64,000 nucleotides of DNA from the NCBI GenBank assembly GCA_964016885.1, contig OZ024755.1:28582001-28646000 (forward strand), written 5' to 3'. A program made the translations under genes and the position numbers. Under the pieces are notes generated by a model, which saw only the letters and a list, made by a program, of their open reading frames with translations, made no database searches and had not been told where the DNA came from. This DNA is from Eledone cirrhosa. Lineage: Eukaryota. Of this stretch, positions 15,068 to 27,868 are shown piece by piece. Every line of letters starts with the position of its first letter. Position 1 is the first letter of the stretch.

Positions 15068-15284
15068 GAAGGCGTGTGGCTGAGTGGTTAGAGAATTGGA
15101 TTCGCAATCGTAAGGTTGTGAGTTCGATTCCTGGACCAGGTGATGCGTTATGTCCTTAAGCAAGACACTATATTTCACATTGCTCCTTCTACCTGGAGTT
15201 GCGACCGATAGATAGTATTAGCAATTCGAAAGACCAACGGAAACATTGTTCCCTCGGTCCGATTTGACGAAAGTCGATCGTTCC
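15068..15284 (+). mobile_element. tRNA-derived SINE with CORE-like central domain
   Basis: A box TGGCTGAGTGG, B box GTTCGATTCC, then tgtccttaagcaagacactatatttcac; deleted copy at 34166-34316. Confidence 0.8.
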
Positions 15285-15297
15285 TATATATATATAT

Positions 15298-15497
15298 AAA
15301 TGTTTAACCCCGACGGCAGAGCTCAAGCCGTGTCGACGGCTATATCTGGATTGTTTCAGTCCAGAAATAGCCGTCCAAACGGCTTGAGCTCTGCCGTCGG
15401 GGTTAAACATGTTCCTATTACACACTTTACTACCCTAAGTATTGAGTACTCTGGTACGTTATGGTCCATCTGGTTCCTTACCACACTTCCTTCGTTA
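15298..15497. mobile_element. Hairpin-headed element, family A
   Basis: ~50-bp inverted arms tgtttaaccccgacggcagagctcaagccg.../...cggcttgagctctgccgtcggggttaaaca plus ~85-bp tail; (TA)n on both sides. Confidence 0.8.
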
Positions 15498-15734
15498 TAT
15501 ATATATATATATATATACTGTATATATATTTATATGCACATGCATATCTATGTGTGCATATATATGTATGTGTATATATATTTGTGTATATATATATACA
15601 AATATATATACAAATATATATACACATATTTTTGCATTTATTGGTACACATATTGGTACCCCTCACTCTCCTGAGCGTGAATTTAATAAACATTTATTGT
15701 ACTGCTTCTCTGTTCTGTCCCTGTTCAATTTTTC

Positions 15735-15790
<56 letters not shown>

Positions 15791-15797
<7 letters not shown>

Positions 15798-16212
15798 AGA
15801 TCAAAAGATGGTTAAAGGAGTTCCATGTATTTTATTATGCGCATTTCAAAAACAAACATCATCATGCAATAATATTTGTGTTTTCATCAGATAAAACAGG
15901 AGAACATGATATGAAGGCTAAAAAACACTTGTGGATAGTGTAGTTTTAAATCAACATATACATATATACAACTGCACTATCCACAAGTGTTTTTTAGCCT
16001 TCATATCATGTTCTCCTGTTTTATCTGATGAAAACACAAATATTATTGCATGATGATGTTTGTTTTTGAAATGCGCATAATAAAATACATGGAACTCCTG
16101 TAACCATCTTTTGATCTTATATTATGTATACTCCAGTCCTACAAACTGTAGAGTGCTTCTTATCCGATATCTGCATTACTTTATTGTACTACAATAAAAC
16201 TCACCTCCTACA
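15791..16212. mobile_element. Hammerhead-containing non-autonomous element, family B, inverted-arm insertion
   Basis: 15791-15950 is the reverse complement of 15970-16123; copies at 25331, 39812 and 53779; (TA)n flanks. Confidence 0.85.
16019..16085 (+). ncRNA. Type I hammerhead ribozyme, family B
   Basis: uuuuau CUGAUGA [long stem II caaauauuau/augauguuug] GAAA ugcgca UA auaaaa; palindromic stem III AUGCGCAU; mirror copy on the minus strand at ~15830-15896. Confidence 0.8.
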
Positions 16213-16402
16213 TTATATATATATATATATGTGTGTGTGTTCAATGTAGGGAGTTGCGTATGTGTAAATATGTTCATATTTATGGCTATCAATACAGAAA
16301 CATTTTCAGTTATCTATGCATGCATAGAATCATAATTCCTCGGCAACTGTTGACACGCGTGTCATAGTGATGTTACACATATTGGTTATAGTCGAATACA
16401 CT

Positions 16403-16476
<74 letters not shown>

Positions 16477-16628
16477 AATATATAAATATGCATGTTTATA
16501 TATATGCAAATATATATATATATATATATGTGTATGTATATATATATATGCAAATATATATATATATGTGTATGTATATATATATATGTAAATATGTAAA
16601 TATATACAAATGCATGTATATATATATG

Positions 16629-16668
<40 letters not shown>

Positions 16669-16705
16669 TATTTACATATATATTTACATATATATATATA
16701 TTTAC

Positions 16706-16854
<149 letters not shown>

Positions 16855-17402
16855 CATACAACTATATATATATATATATATATATATATTTACACACACA
16901 TATATATAAATATATATATATATGCATGTTTATACACACGGACATATTGCATGTAGGCACATCTCATTAGGCAAAGTGAAAGAGAGAGAAATAAGAGAGA
17001 GGGGTAAAAAAAGAGGCCAAACAGTTTATATAGAGACAGCTGTCTAAAGATGTATATACACACACATGTGTGTGTTTGCACGCGTCAATGTGTGTGTCTG
17101 TGTGTGTGTGTTTGTGAGGGTCTGTTAATGACTGAGTCTGCTCCTTCCTCTGTCTGACATCCTTTTTCTTCTTCACTCCCCTCGTCTCTTCGTCCCTCTA
17201 CCCTCCCTGCCCCGTCTCCCTCATACAATTCTACACACGCCAGACAGTCTTTCCTCATCATTTTACCCTTTCTCTCTCTCTCCTCTCTCTGCATATATAT
17301 ATATATATATATAGAGAGAGAGGGGGGGGGTATATATGTGTGTCTATATATGTATATATATAGATGGATGTATGTATACACATATATATAATTGTATATA
17401 TG

Positions 17403-17438
<36 letters not shown>

Positions 17439-17521
17439 ACCTCCCCCGTTGTATAACTTCCATTCATACCGTCTCTCTCACACCCACATAAACACACACA
17501 CACACACACAAAGACTAACAT

Positions 17522-17576
<55 letters not shown>

Positions 17577-18142
17577 CATACACACATATTGTGTAACTCA
17601 CAGCCTCCTTCGTGTACATTTACCTTCCCTTGCCATTTAGTTTGTCTCCAGAAGTCGCGCGCGCTGGCTCACACAGACTTAATACAATCGCTGACACACA
17701 CACACACACACAAGCACACACACACACACACATACACACACACACACAGGCACACACACACATACACAGAGAGAGACACACACACACATACACACTCAAA
17801 GTTACCAACTGGTTCTGAGATGCAAATCCCAAACCTTATTTCGTAAGAACCACATGTGAGAGGTTGTTTGTTATATTGAAGCAGCGCTTTCCGTACAGGA
17901 AAGTTTTCTTTTTCGTACGTGTTGTATATTTATTTATTTTTATTTGCGTGTAGCGGGCCTGTATGTGCGCATGCGCGTGTATTTCTGCGTGTTTTTGTTT
18001 TGTTGTTGGTTTCATTTTCTCGGTATCCTTCCTTTCATACATTGTGGAGTGTTTGTATTGTACTTTTAAGTTTTTGCATCGAACATCTTAAATTACCACG
18101 TAATTTTATAATTCTTGCGGTTAATTGATATTATTATCAATG

Positions 18143-18197
<55 letters not shown>

Positions 18198-18520
18198 TAT
18201 CCGGTGGCCTCAACAATTGATCTCCACGTGGGTCTGTCGTTCATTGCCATTGCCAAGTCCTGGATTTCAATACCAGAATCTCTGGAGATAACATCAGGAC
18301 ACGAGAGCTTGCGACGCCAGTTATTCTCACTTCAGCAAATCTTACTCTCCTCTTACGTACAACGACAGATATGCGTGGGAGGCTGGCATATATCTCTCTC
18401 AAAGGCAGATGTCAGCTTATATTCTGGAGCAGGTGGGTGTAAGTGCTGTCAAGGTGCTTTTGTTGTATGGATGACAGCGTTTATGTTTCACTTCCATATA
18501 CCAAGATTGGTTGAAATGTT
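18143..18520 (-). mobile_element. RTE/RTE-X-like LINE 3' fragment, degraded, with (GAT)n tail
   Basis: Minus translation PILVYGSET*TLSSIQQKHLDSTYTHLL...VRKRRVRFA...DVISRDSGIEIQDLAMAMNDRPTWRSIV then (ATG)n. Confidence 0.8.
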
Positions 18521-19793
18521 ACTGATCGGGCGCTGGATTGCCAGTCGATGAAATAAATTACCAATAAATCACTGGTGCCATTATAAACAACTTTGTCCTC
18601 CTCACAAATTGCTGTACTTGTGCCAAAATTAGAAACCATTTTTGCAGATTATTTCTTCTGATATCTTGACGTGGGTGTGTGATAAGATATATTTAATCCG
18701 TCTCCTGGTCATTGAGTAACTCTACTGTAGTTTACTATGCTGAAAATGTTCCGTTCAGTTTCCCAGTTAAAGGATTACATTATAATTTCTGACCACAGCC
18801 TTTTTCTTTCTTACTAAACGGTCAAATGATCGGACACGTCGGATGGTTCGGTCTCTGTTTGCAATAAGAGAATGGTTACAGAGTTGAATATTTGGCAAAC
18901 ACATATTCATAACAAAGAATTCGAAATTAATTGAAATTTGCAGAAAGAAAGTAAATTCCTAGTGGCAATTATTATCAATTCTCAACCTACGTTTACAAAA
19001 AAAGGGGGAAAAGCTAACTCTACTTCTTCATAATACATACAGGGATCGCAAACACAAGGTTCTCAAAATATTTTTCGTATGTTATAAATGTCATCACTTT
19101 AGCATCTGAATACAAATCCGACAGACCTCTACTTCTAGGTCAATAAAATAAACTACCAGTCAAATACCGAGGACGAGGTAATCGATTAAACTCTTTCATA
19201 ACATTCCCTGACTAACATGACTATTATAACTGGTGTAAGAGAGTGGCAGAATCCTTTAGACGTCGGTCAAAATGTATTGCTGTATTTGTCTATCTTCTGT
19301 GACACGAAGATCAACATTGTGTGCTATCCCTCCAAAAATCCATAAAATATGAGTTGGCCTCAGAGGTTTTGTCGATGAATGTTCCAGTTGTACAATCGGC
19401 TCATGAAATTAGCGTTTAAGTGATCGAGCATTCCAAAAACGCGTGTGAACGATAAGATGATTCCCAAATGTAATTCAATGTGACATGTTGTGTGGCATGG
19501 TTAACCCTTTGAAGTAGAAACCCAACCCAACCAACGTACTTCGAATCATTTTAACGTTTAGTCAGAAAGAAAAAGTTTGTAGTCAGAAGTGATAATGAAT
19601 TCCATTAATTGGGAAGCTGACTGGAACACTTGAAACTTAGTAAACTACAGTAAATGTTTTCAATGAGCAGGGCTGCTTCGGTGACCAGGTGACGGATTAA
19701 ACATATCTTATCAACCACCGACGCCAAGATATCAGAACAAATACTGCAACTAACGATCCCGCTGATACACATACCATGAAATGATACCCTATT

Positions 19794-19901
19794 GACCCGA
19801 ATAGATGACAAAGGAAGACAAAGGAAGACCCGAATAGTAGACAAAGGAAGACCCGAATAGAAGACAAAGGAAGACCCGAATAGAAGACAAAGGAAGACAA
19901 A
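19794..19901. repeat. ~23-bp tandem repeat
   Basis: gacccgaatagaagacaaaggaa x4 with variants. Confidence 0.8.
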
Positions 19902-20318
19902 GTTGACGTAGGTAGAATTTGACATCAGAAGCAGTTAACTAAAACAATTGCCATAAATCATCCCCGGTTGTGGCCATCATGGATGGAAGATTTAATTTCT
20001 CTTTCCATTTAATCCTTCATCTATAACATGACTTCTTATCGTGAAATTTATTTTGCAAGTATTTGGACCAAGCTACCGGTTTGAGGATGTCATTCTCTGT
20101 CTCTCATTCATATCAATGATGGGGGCCTTGGAATTGCTGTACCTAGCGTCCATGTGTACAGGATATAATAATAATAGATTCATTTTCATATTTTCTGATT
20201 TTTTAAAATTATATCTGCACATATGTGCATACACAGATACAGAAATAGACCTAAAACCACGTCTTATGCACACCACGAAATGTTTGGCCTTCGTTGTGCA
20301 TGTAGATGTTTTACTGGG

Positions 20319-20370
<52 letters not shown>

Positions 20371-20374
20371 TATG

Positions 20375-20609
<235 letters not shown>

Positions 20610-20636
20610 ATATATATATATATACATATGTATGTA

Positions 20637-21472
20637 TTACTCTAGCGTCCCCCTTTATTTACGTGTCCCAACGACTTTTTTTAGCCGTTGTTCGCACCAA
20701 CCTGAGGCATATGGCCCTTAAAGCGATGAAATGCCGAGGACGGTTGGAGGTTCACTGATGAAGGACTCACTTTTTCATATGTATCCCATTTGCAACACCG
20801 TAGCTCCATTATTATCATCATATTTACACATATTACTTTTCCATGCTGCCTGTCTGTTTCGTTCCTTGTATCTTTACCACTCTAGCAGTCTCCCTCTCTG
20901 TTACCCTCTCCTCAACTTTCACTCACTCATTCTCTGTCACTACCTCTCCTCCTCCTCTTTCCTCCTCCTCCTTCAAGTTTGACCTGTGTGTAATTCTTTT
21001 CTCGCGCAGTCTTGACCGAGCTGGTATGAAATTTTTTTCTCTCTCTCTTTCGTCTGCGACTTCACAAAACTTGCGTTTACCGAATTCGTAGACCAGACCA
21101 CCTTATCCTCTTCTTCTTCTTCTTCTTCTTCTTCCTCTTCTCTCCTTTTTCTTTCTCTCTCTCTCTCTTTTTTCCCCCCCGTCAAACTTGGGCGAAATTC
21201 TTTCCTTGCTCACATTTCTACCAGGTTCGATGGTCTTTCGTCTCTTGTTCACGATTTCACAGAGTTTATATTCATAGAGATCTGGGACTTGTCTATTTCT
21301 ACTCACTTTCCGTTGCTATAACCCTTTTGTTGTTACTCTAGCGTCCCCCTTTATTTACGTGTCCCAACGACTTTTTTTAGCCGTTGTTCGCACCAACCTG
21401 AGGCATATGGCCCTTAAAGCGATGAAATGCCGAGGACGGTTGGAGGGTCACTGATGAAGGACTCACTTTTTT
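20637..21472. mobile_element. 696-bp non-coding unit with ~140-bp terminal direct repeat, inserted in (TA)n
   Basis: ttactctagcgtcccc...gaaggactcacttttt at 20637-20775 and 21333-21470; long (TA)n on both sides. Confidence 0.65.
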
Positions 21473-21478
21473 TATATG

Positions 21479-21615
<137 letters not shown>

Positions 21616-21626
21616 GTATATATATG

Positions 21627-21657
<31 letters not shown>

Positions 21658-21668
21658 GTATATATATG

Positions 21669-21717
<49 letters not shown>

Positions 21718-21724
21718 GTATATG

Positions 21725-21821
<97 letters not shown>

Positions 21822-21951
21822 GTATATATATATATATAATGTATATATATATATATAATGTATATATATATATGTATATATATGTATATATATATATGTA
21901 TATATATGTATATATATATATATAATGTATATATATATATGTATATATATG

Positions 21952-21990
<39 letters not shown>

Positions 21991-21995
21991 GTATA

Positions 21996-22068
<73 letters not shown>

Positions 22069-22159
22069 GTATATATATGTATATATATATATATATATGT
22101 ATATATATGTATATATATATGTATATATATATATATGTATATATATGTATATATATATG

Positions 22160-22190
<31 letters not shown>

Positions 22191-22203
22191 GTATATATAT
22201 ATG

Positions 22204-22236
<33 letters not shown>

Positions 22237-22279
22237 GTATATATATATATGTATATATATATATATGTATATATATATG

Positions 22280-22443
<164 letters not shown>

Positions 22444-22598
22444 CACACACACACAATATTTCCTCGTTTGATTTTGAATGCTAACTCAACACGTTTTTGT
22501 ACCAGAAACATTTGTAAATGAATAAACAATTTTAATGGGTGTTGGTTGATTCTCCTCCAATTAATTTTGAATAAATACACACACACATACACATTATA

Positions 22599-22701
<103 letters not shown>

Positions 22702-23242
22702 ATGTATGTATATATATATATTGATATTGATGTAGCAGTAATAACAATAATTACTATAGCGATAATTAGAACGTCTTAAATGTATTTTCAGTACAACACG
22801 TCCACCGAAGGCCTTGTAGTTTGAATATCTCATACAGCGACCTAATACTTCTGTATATGATACTCGTGAAGTAGTCAAGGTCTCAATCTAAATATGCAGG
22901 ATATATACTATGTTATGTTTATGTAAATATATATTTATTGGTATTTGATTTCTAGTATTGCCCTTAGTTTCGTATCTACTGAAATTTAGACATTTTCATA
23001 AAAATAAATTTGATGATTATTGTACGTTGATTTCTAACCATAAACTTGCTTAAATATTTTAATAGCTACTTTATTAAAATGTATTTACTCTCATAGAAAT
23101 ACTTTTAATTTAGCTTCGTTCATTCTTCAACATTTCTCTCCGTCTCTATAATACATGTCATAGGATACTCGTGAAGTAGTCAAGGTCTCAATCTAAATAT
23201 GCAGAATATTCCTTTTCAAATATATATTGTTATACAACACGT

Positions 23243-23428
23243 TAGGGTTTCGTTTTGACAGAATCGTTAGATTCCACAGCCAATTCGGATTCTAGCTGTA
23301 GAAACGGCCGGAGCTCAGCCGTCGGGGTCCTTAATCTTTTCATATTACCCACTCTACTACCCCAAGTATCAGCATCGAGTAATCTGGTGGGTTATGATCC
23401 ACCTGGTTTCTTACCACATCCAATCTGA
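23243..23428 (+). mobile_element. Family A element, diverged
   Basis: gaaacggccggagctcagccgtcggggtcc...tattacccactctactacccc...ttcttaccacatcc. Confidence 0.65.
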
Positions 23429-23460
23429 TATATATATATATACATATACATATATATATA

Positions 23461-23980
23461 ATTTATTTTGAAACTTTTTCATTATTTGCTAAACCTTGTT
23501 TATATTTGTTCTGGCTCGTTAATTTATTAACCCGCCATTGAACCACACTGGCATTTGGTTGGACAATACATGCGTACCTTGGCGCCTTGTGCGTGAAGGA
23601 ACGTATTTCCTATTACTACTACCTCCACTAATGTTGAGAACAAATTTGGTCGTTCTGACTGCTGCTAGCAATAGCTGTGGCTAGTTTGACCTACCTCCTT
23701 TTGCCTCTATCTTTGCTTCGGCCCTTGATAAACCTGTTTCTACATCATCCACTCTCATCCCAGGAACAGTTTTGATAGCGCTAGTTTGTGATTTAAATTC
23801 AGGAATTTTATATTCTTTGAATGAAAAGAACCTTCTGACGAGAATCTTTCTTTGCAACGAAGGCCGTATGGTCTCCGTTTTATTTTTGGGATTCGAAACC
23901 GATCGGTAAAGGTAACTATAGTAGGTAAAGTCAATTTTTTAAAATTTATTTTGAAACTTTTTCATTATTTGCTAAACCTT

Positions 23981-23988
<8 letters not shown>
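23461..23988 (+). mobile_element. Retrozyme-like element: 483-bp monomer plus 45-bp terminal direct repeat, one hammerhead
   Basis: atttattttgaaactttttcattatttgctaaaccttgtttatat at 23461-23505 and 23944-23988; non-coding; (TA)n flanks. Confidence 0.75.
23830..23913 (+). ncRNA. Canonical-core type I hammerhead ribozyme
   Basis: accuu CUGACGA gaauc...gauuc GAAA ccgaucgg UA aaggu; perfect stems I and II; palindromic ACCGAUCGGU stem III; GUA cleavage after 23908. Confidence 0.9.
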
Positions 23989-24033
<45 letters not shown>

Positions 24034-24734
24034 TTCCTAATTGTATATCGTTAGCTTGGCCACAGCCAAAACTTCCATTCTTATTTATATATATAAATAT
24101 AATATATATATATATATATATATATTAGTTTTGCGAGGTTTTTGATATGAAATCGTGTGTCGAAACAAATATTGTTATGCTATAAATAAATAAACAGACT
24201 AAATAAAGATGGCGTAAGCATACAATACAACGGGAGGAAACATAATAGCACCACTGACGATGTTGCAGATGTGCAGCGAAAGAACTTTGTTAGAATATAT
24301 ATATGTTTGTGCCTATATTGTATCTGTATTTTTGACCGTTGGTCAGTCAATGGTAACATTGAGGACCGAATAAATTAAATTAACCGATATAAAAGACACA
24401 GAAGCGAAAACCAACCAAACAGTGAGTGTGTTTTGTTATTAATTCTGGCAATATTATTACACAAATATGACCCTCCCCAAGTATAACAATATATATATAT
24501 ATAATAATATTGTCAGTTTGTTCTTCAGCGCTATTGGCAACACGAAACCCAGTACAACCTGTGCATGGTCGTGTCGTGGGTGACTAAACTGGCAACCCCA
24601 CCAAGCTTGCTCGGTGAGGAAGGTGTGATTTTGGACACCCTGTGGGATGAAAAACAAAACACGTCAAATTGCACTGGAACTCAGGAGAGTCAACGGCCAT
24701 TCAATAAAGTTTTTTTTTGTGGAGCAGGAGACCC

Positions 24735-25000
24735 CTATCTATCTAGAGCGGGTAAAATTCCCGAGATCCATGGACGAGTTCTCTCCAGCGGTCTCTGTCC
24801 TTCATCATCGCTGCCATGTCCCGCGTCTCCAACAGACCAGTGCCTCTCAAAAGTGACACAGAGGAGACTGAGGTTAGCTGGACATGCTCACCGACATCCA
24901 GAGTTGACACTGCACTTAGTGCTCCTGTGGGAGCCCCTGCACGGACACACTGGAAGTGGAAGACCAAGTAGACACCTAGTCTTCATTAAGACATCTCTCT
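24735..25000 (-). mobile_element. RTE-like LINE 3' fragment with 5' inversion
   Basis: Minus 24850-24743 LLRGTGLLETRDMAAMMKDRDRWRELV plus (TAGA)n tail; plus 24851-25000 KVTQRRLRLAGHAHRHPE...LVLLWEP...GRP...FIKT. Confidence 0.8.
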
Positions 25001-25004
25001 AGAA

Positions 25005-25170
25005 GGTCACTCTGATATAAAACCTGCGTCTTCATTTGCATTCAATGATGTAGATCAGTTCATCTTTTGGGATAAATGAACTGGATTTTGAGAGGGTGGG
25101 ATGGACGATGCAAAGTCTTTCCTCACTTAAAAAAGCTTCAAGTATAGACATTGTTTGATATGTGAAATGT
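25005..25170 (-). pseudogene. Possible decayed GIY-YIG (PLE) fragment
   Basis: Minus translation LIYIIECK*RRRFYIRVT loosely fits xIYxIxCxxCxxxYIGxT. Confidence 0.3.
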
Positions 25171-25330
25171 TTCGTCATGCATCGTATTTCTAGTCATAGG
25201 CAAGTCCTCAGCAGGACTAAAAACAACGTCCGTGTTCCTCATACTTAAGTATCAAGCGATGGCATTACTCAAAATCGAGTTTCAGCCATCATATATATGT
25301 GTGTGTTGTGTGTGTGTATATATATATATA

Positions 25331-25554
25331 TGTAGGAGGTGAGTTTTATTGTAGTACAATAAAGCAATGCAGATATCGGATAAGAAGCACTCTACAGTTG
25401 ATTTAAAACTGCACTATCCACAAGTGTTTTTTAGCCTTCATAGCATGTTCTCCTGTTTTATCTGATGAAAACACAAATATTATTGCATGATGATGTTTGT
25501 TTTTGAAATGCGCATAATAAAATACATGGAACTCCTTTAACCATCTTTTGATCT

Positions 25555-25561
<7 letters not shown>
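25331..25561 (+). mobile_element. Family B element (inverted tail piece plus body with HHR at 25456-25522)
   Basis: 25331-25398 is the reverse complement of the family tail (16143-16212); the body matches 15970-16123. Confidence 0.85.
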
Positions 25562-25596
<35 letters not shown>

Positions 25597-25717
25597 GGTG
25601 TATTATGTGTGTGTCTAAACATACATGCATATTAGTTTGTTGATCCTGAGATTCAAACCTATCTCTTTCTCTATATTTGCCTTAATCTGAATCACACTAG
25701 ATTGCTCTCCACCCCCA

Positions 25718-25773
<56 letters not shown>

Positions 25774-25956
25774 CTCTCTCTCAACTTAATACTTATACTT
25801 TCTCCTTCTCGTTACTACAAATTTCAACATTCTCTCAACAAAGTATACAACTACAGTTGTGACGTATCGCATTGCTTAATTGATATTTGGAGACGGCATA
25901 CGTTGACACATTCACACAAACACAAACACTAACACGTACACACTTACACACCCATT

Positions 25957-25997
<41 letters not shown>

Positions 25998-26043
25998 CAG
26001 AGACAATCGGAAATACATATACAAATGTAAACAGATCTCTCTC

Positions 26044-26074
<31 letters not shown>

Positions 26075-26354
26075 TTCTCTCTCTTATACGCACACACATA
26101 GAGAAAAGAACGGCATCCAATGTACTCGAGCTGCATTCAACATACCCAGGCAAACATACCAGAGATATATCACAGAACATAAAGCTTGTAACTCAACGGA
26201 AATACTCGATGCTAAAGTGGTGGGTGTATATACATAAAAACATGCACACATATACATACACTCCACAATACACAAACATGTATCTATATATATATACATA
26301 TATATATATATGTGTATATATGTATGTATATATATATATATGTATATATGTATG

Positions 26355-26385
<31 letters not shown>

Positions 26386-26442
26386 GTATATATATGTATA
26401 TATATATATATATGTATATATGTATATATATGTATATATATG

Positions 26443-26475
<33 letters not shown>

Positions 26476-26478
26476 GTG

Positions 26479-26573
<95 letters not shown>

Positions 26574-26728
26574 ATATGTATATGTATATATATATATGTA
26601 TATATATATGTATATATATATGTGTATATATATATATATATGTATATATATGTATATATATATATATATGTATATATGTATATATATATATGTATATATA
26701 TGTATATATATATGTATATATATAAATG

Positions 26729-26759
<31 letters not shown>

Positions 26760-27175
26760 GTATATATGTATATATATATATATATATGTATATATATGTA
26801 TATATATATATGTATATATATGTATATATGTATATATATATATATATATGTGTATATATATATATATGTATATATGTATATATATATATGTATATATATG
26901 CATATATATATTTATATATATATATATATATATATATGTGTATATATATATGTATATATATGTATATATATGGGTGGGGATGTATACATTTGTAAGTATT
27001 TGTGCATTTATATGTATAATCATGTATGAATGGAATAGTATTAAAGAGAAATACTTACACATTACTGATGATGGAGTTGGCGTATAAGCTTATATATCTA
27101 TGGTAATGTAGTTGACACACATGCTTATATAAATATATATATATATATGTATATGTATATATACACACAGCACAT

Positions 27176-27265
<90 letters not shown>

Positions 27266-27411
27266 ATTACAAATTAGGTGTTGTATACTCGTAGCCATGG
27301 TGAAATAAAATTTATATTAATGTATATACAACCGACATTGACACAGATAACGTTGTATGTATATACATGCATTCATATATATATATACATATATATATAT
27401 ACATATATATT

Positions 27412-27451
<40 letters not shown>

Positions 27452-27453
27452 CG

Positions 27454-27567
<114 letters not shown>

Positions 27568-27576
27568 CATATGTAT

Positions 27577-27782
27577 ATAGGAACAAGTATGACGCCGACG
27601 GCAGAGCTCAAGTCGTTTCGACGGCTAATTCTGGACGAATTGCGTTCAGAATGAGCCGTTGAAACGGCTTGAGCTCTGCCGTCGGGGTCAAACTTGTTCC
27701 TATTACCCACTCTTCTACCCTAAGCATTGAGTACTTTGGTGCTTTATGGTCCATCTGGTTCCTTACCACATTTCCTTCGTTA
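27577..27782. mobile_element. Family A hairpin element
   Basis: ataggaacaag...gacggcagagctcaag / cttgagctctgccgtc...cttgttcctat arms plus tail; (TA)n flanks. Confidence 0.8.
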
Positions 27783-27868
27783 TATATATATATATATATA
27801 TATATGTAATAAATAATTAATATATAACTTCCTTCGGATGAAACACTTCTAGTCAATATATATATATA

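Noticed and set aside
15068-15140. tRNA gene
   Set aside because: A/B boxes run into a SINE body; no acceptor stem or terminator
20065-20150. R2/CRE-like 'DGGLGI' motif
   Set aside because: Single short motif with nearby stops; insufficient support
24254-24292. Hammerhead candidate CTGACGA-gttgca/tgcagc-GAAA
   Set aside because: Good stem II but no convincing stems I and III; at best a decayed copy
25155-25215. Minus-strand CTGAGGA...GAAA motif
   Set aside because: Stems do not pair convincingly
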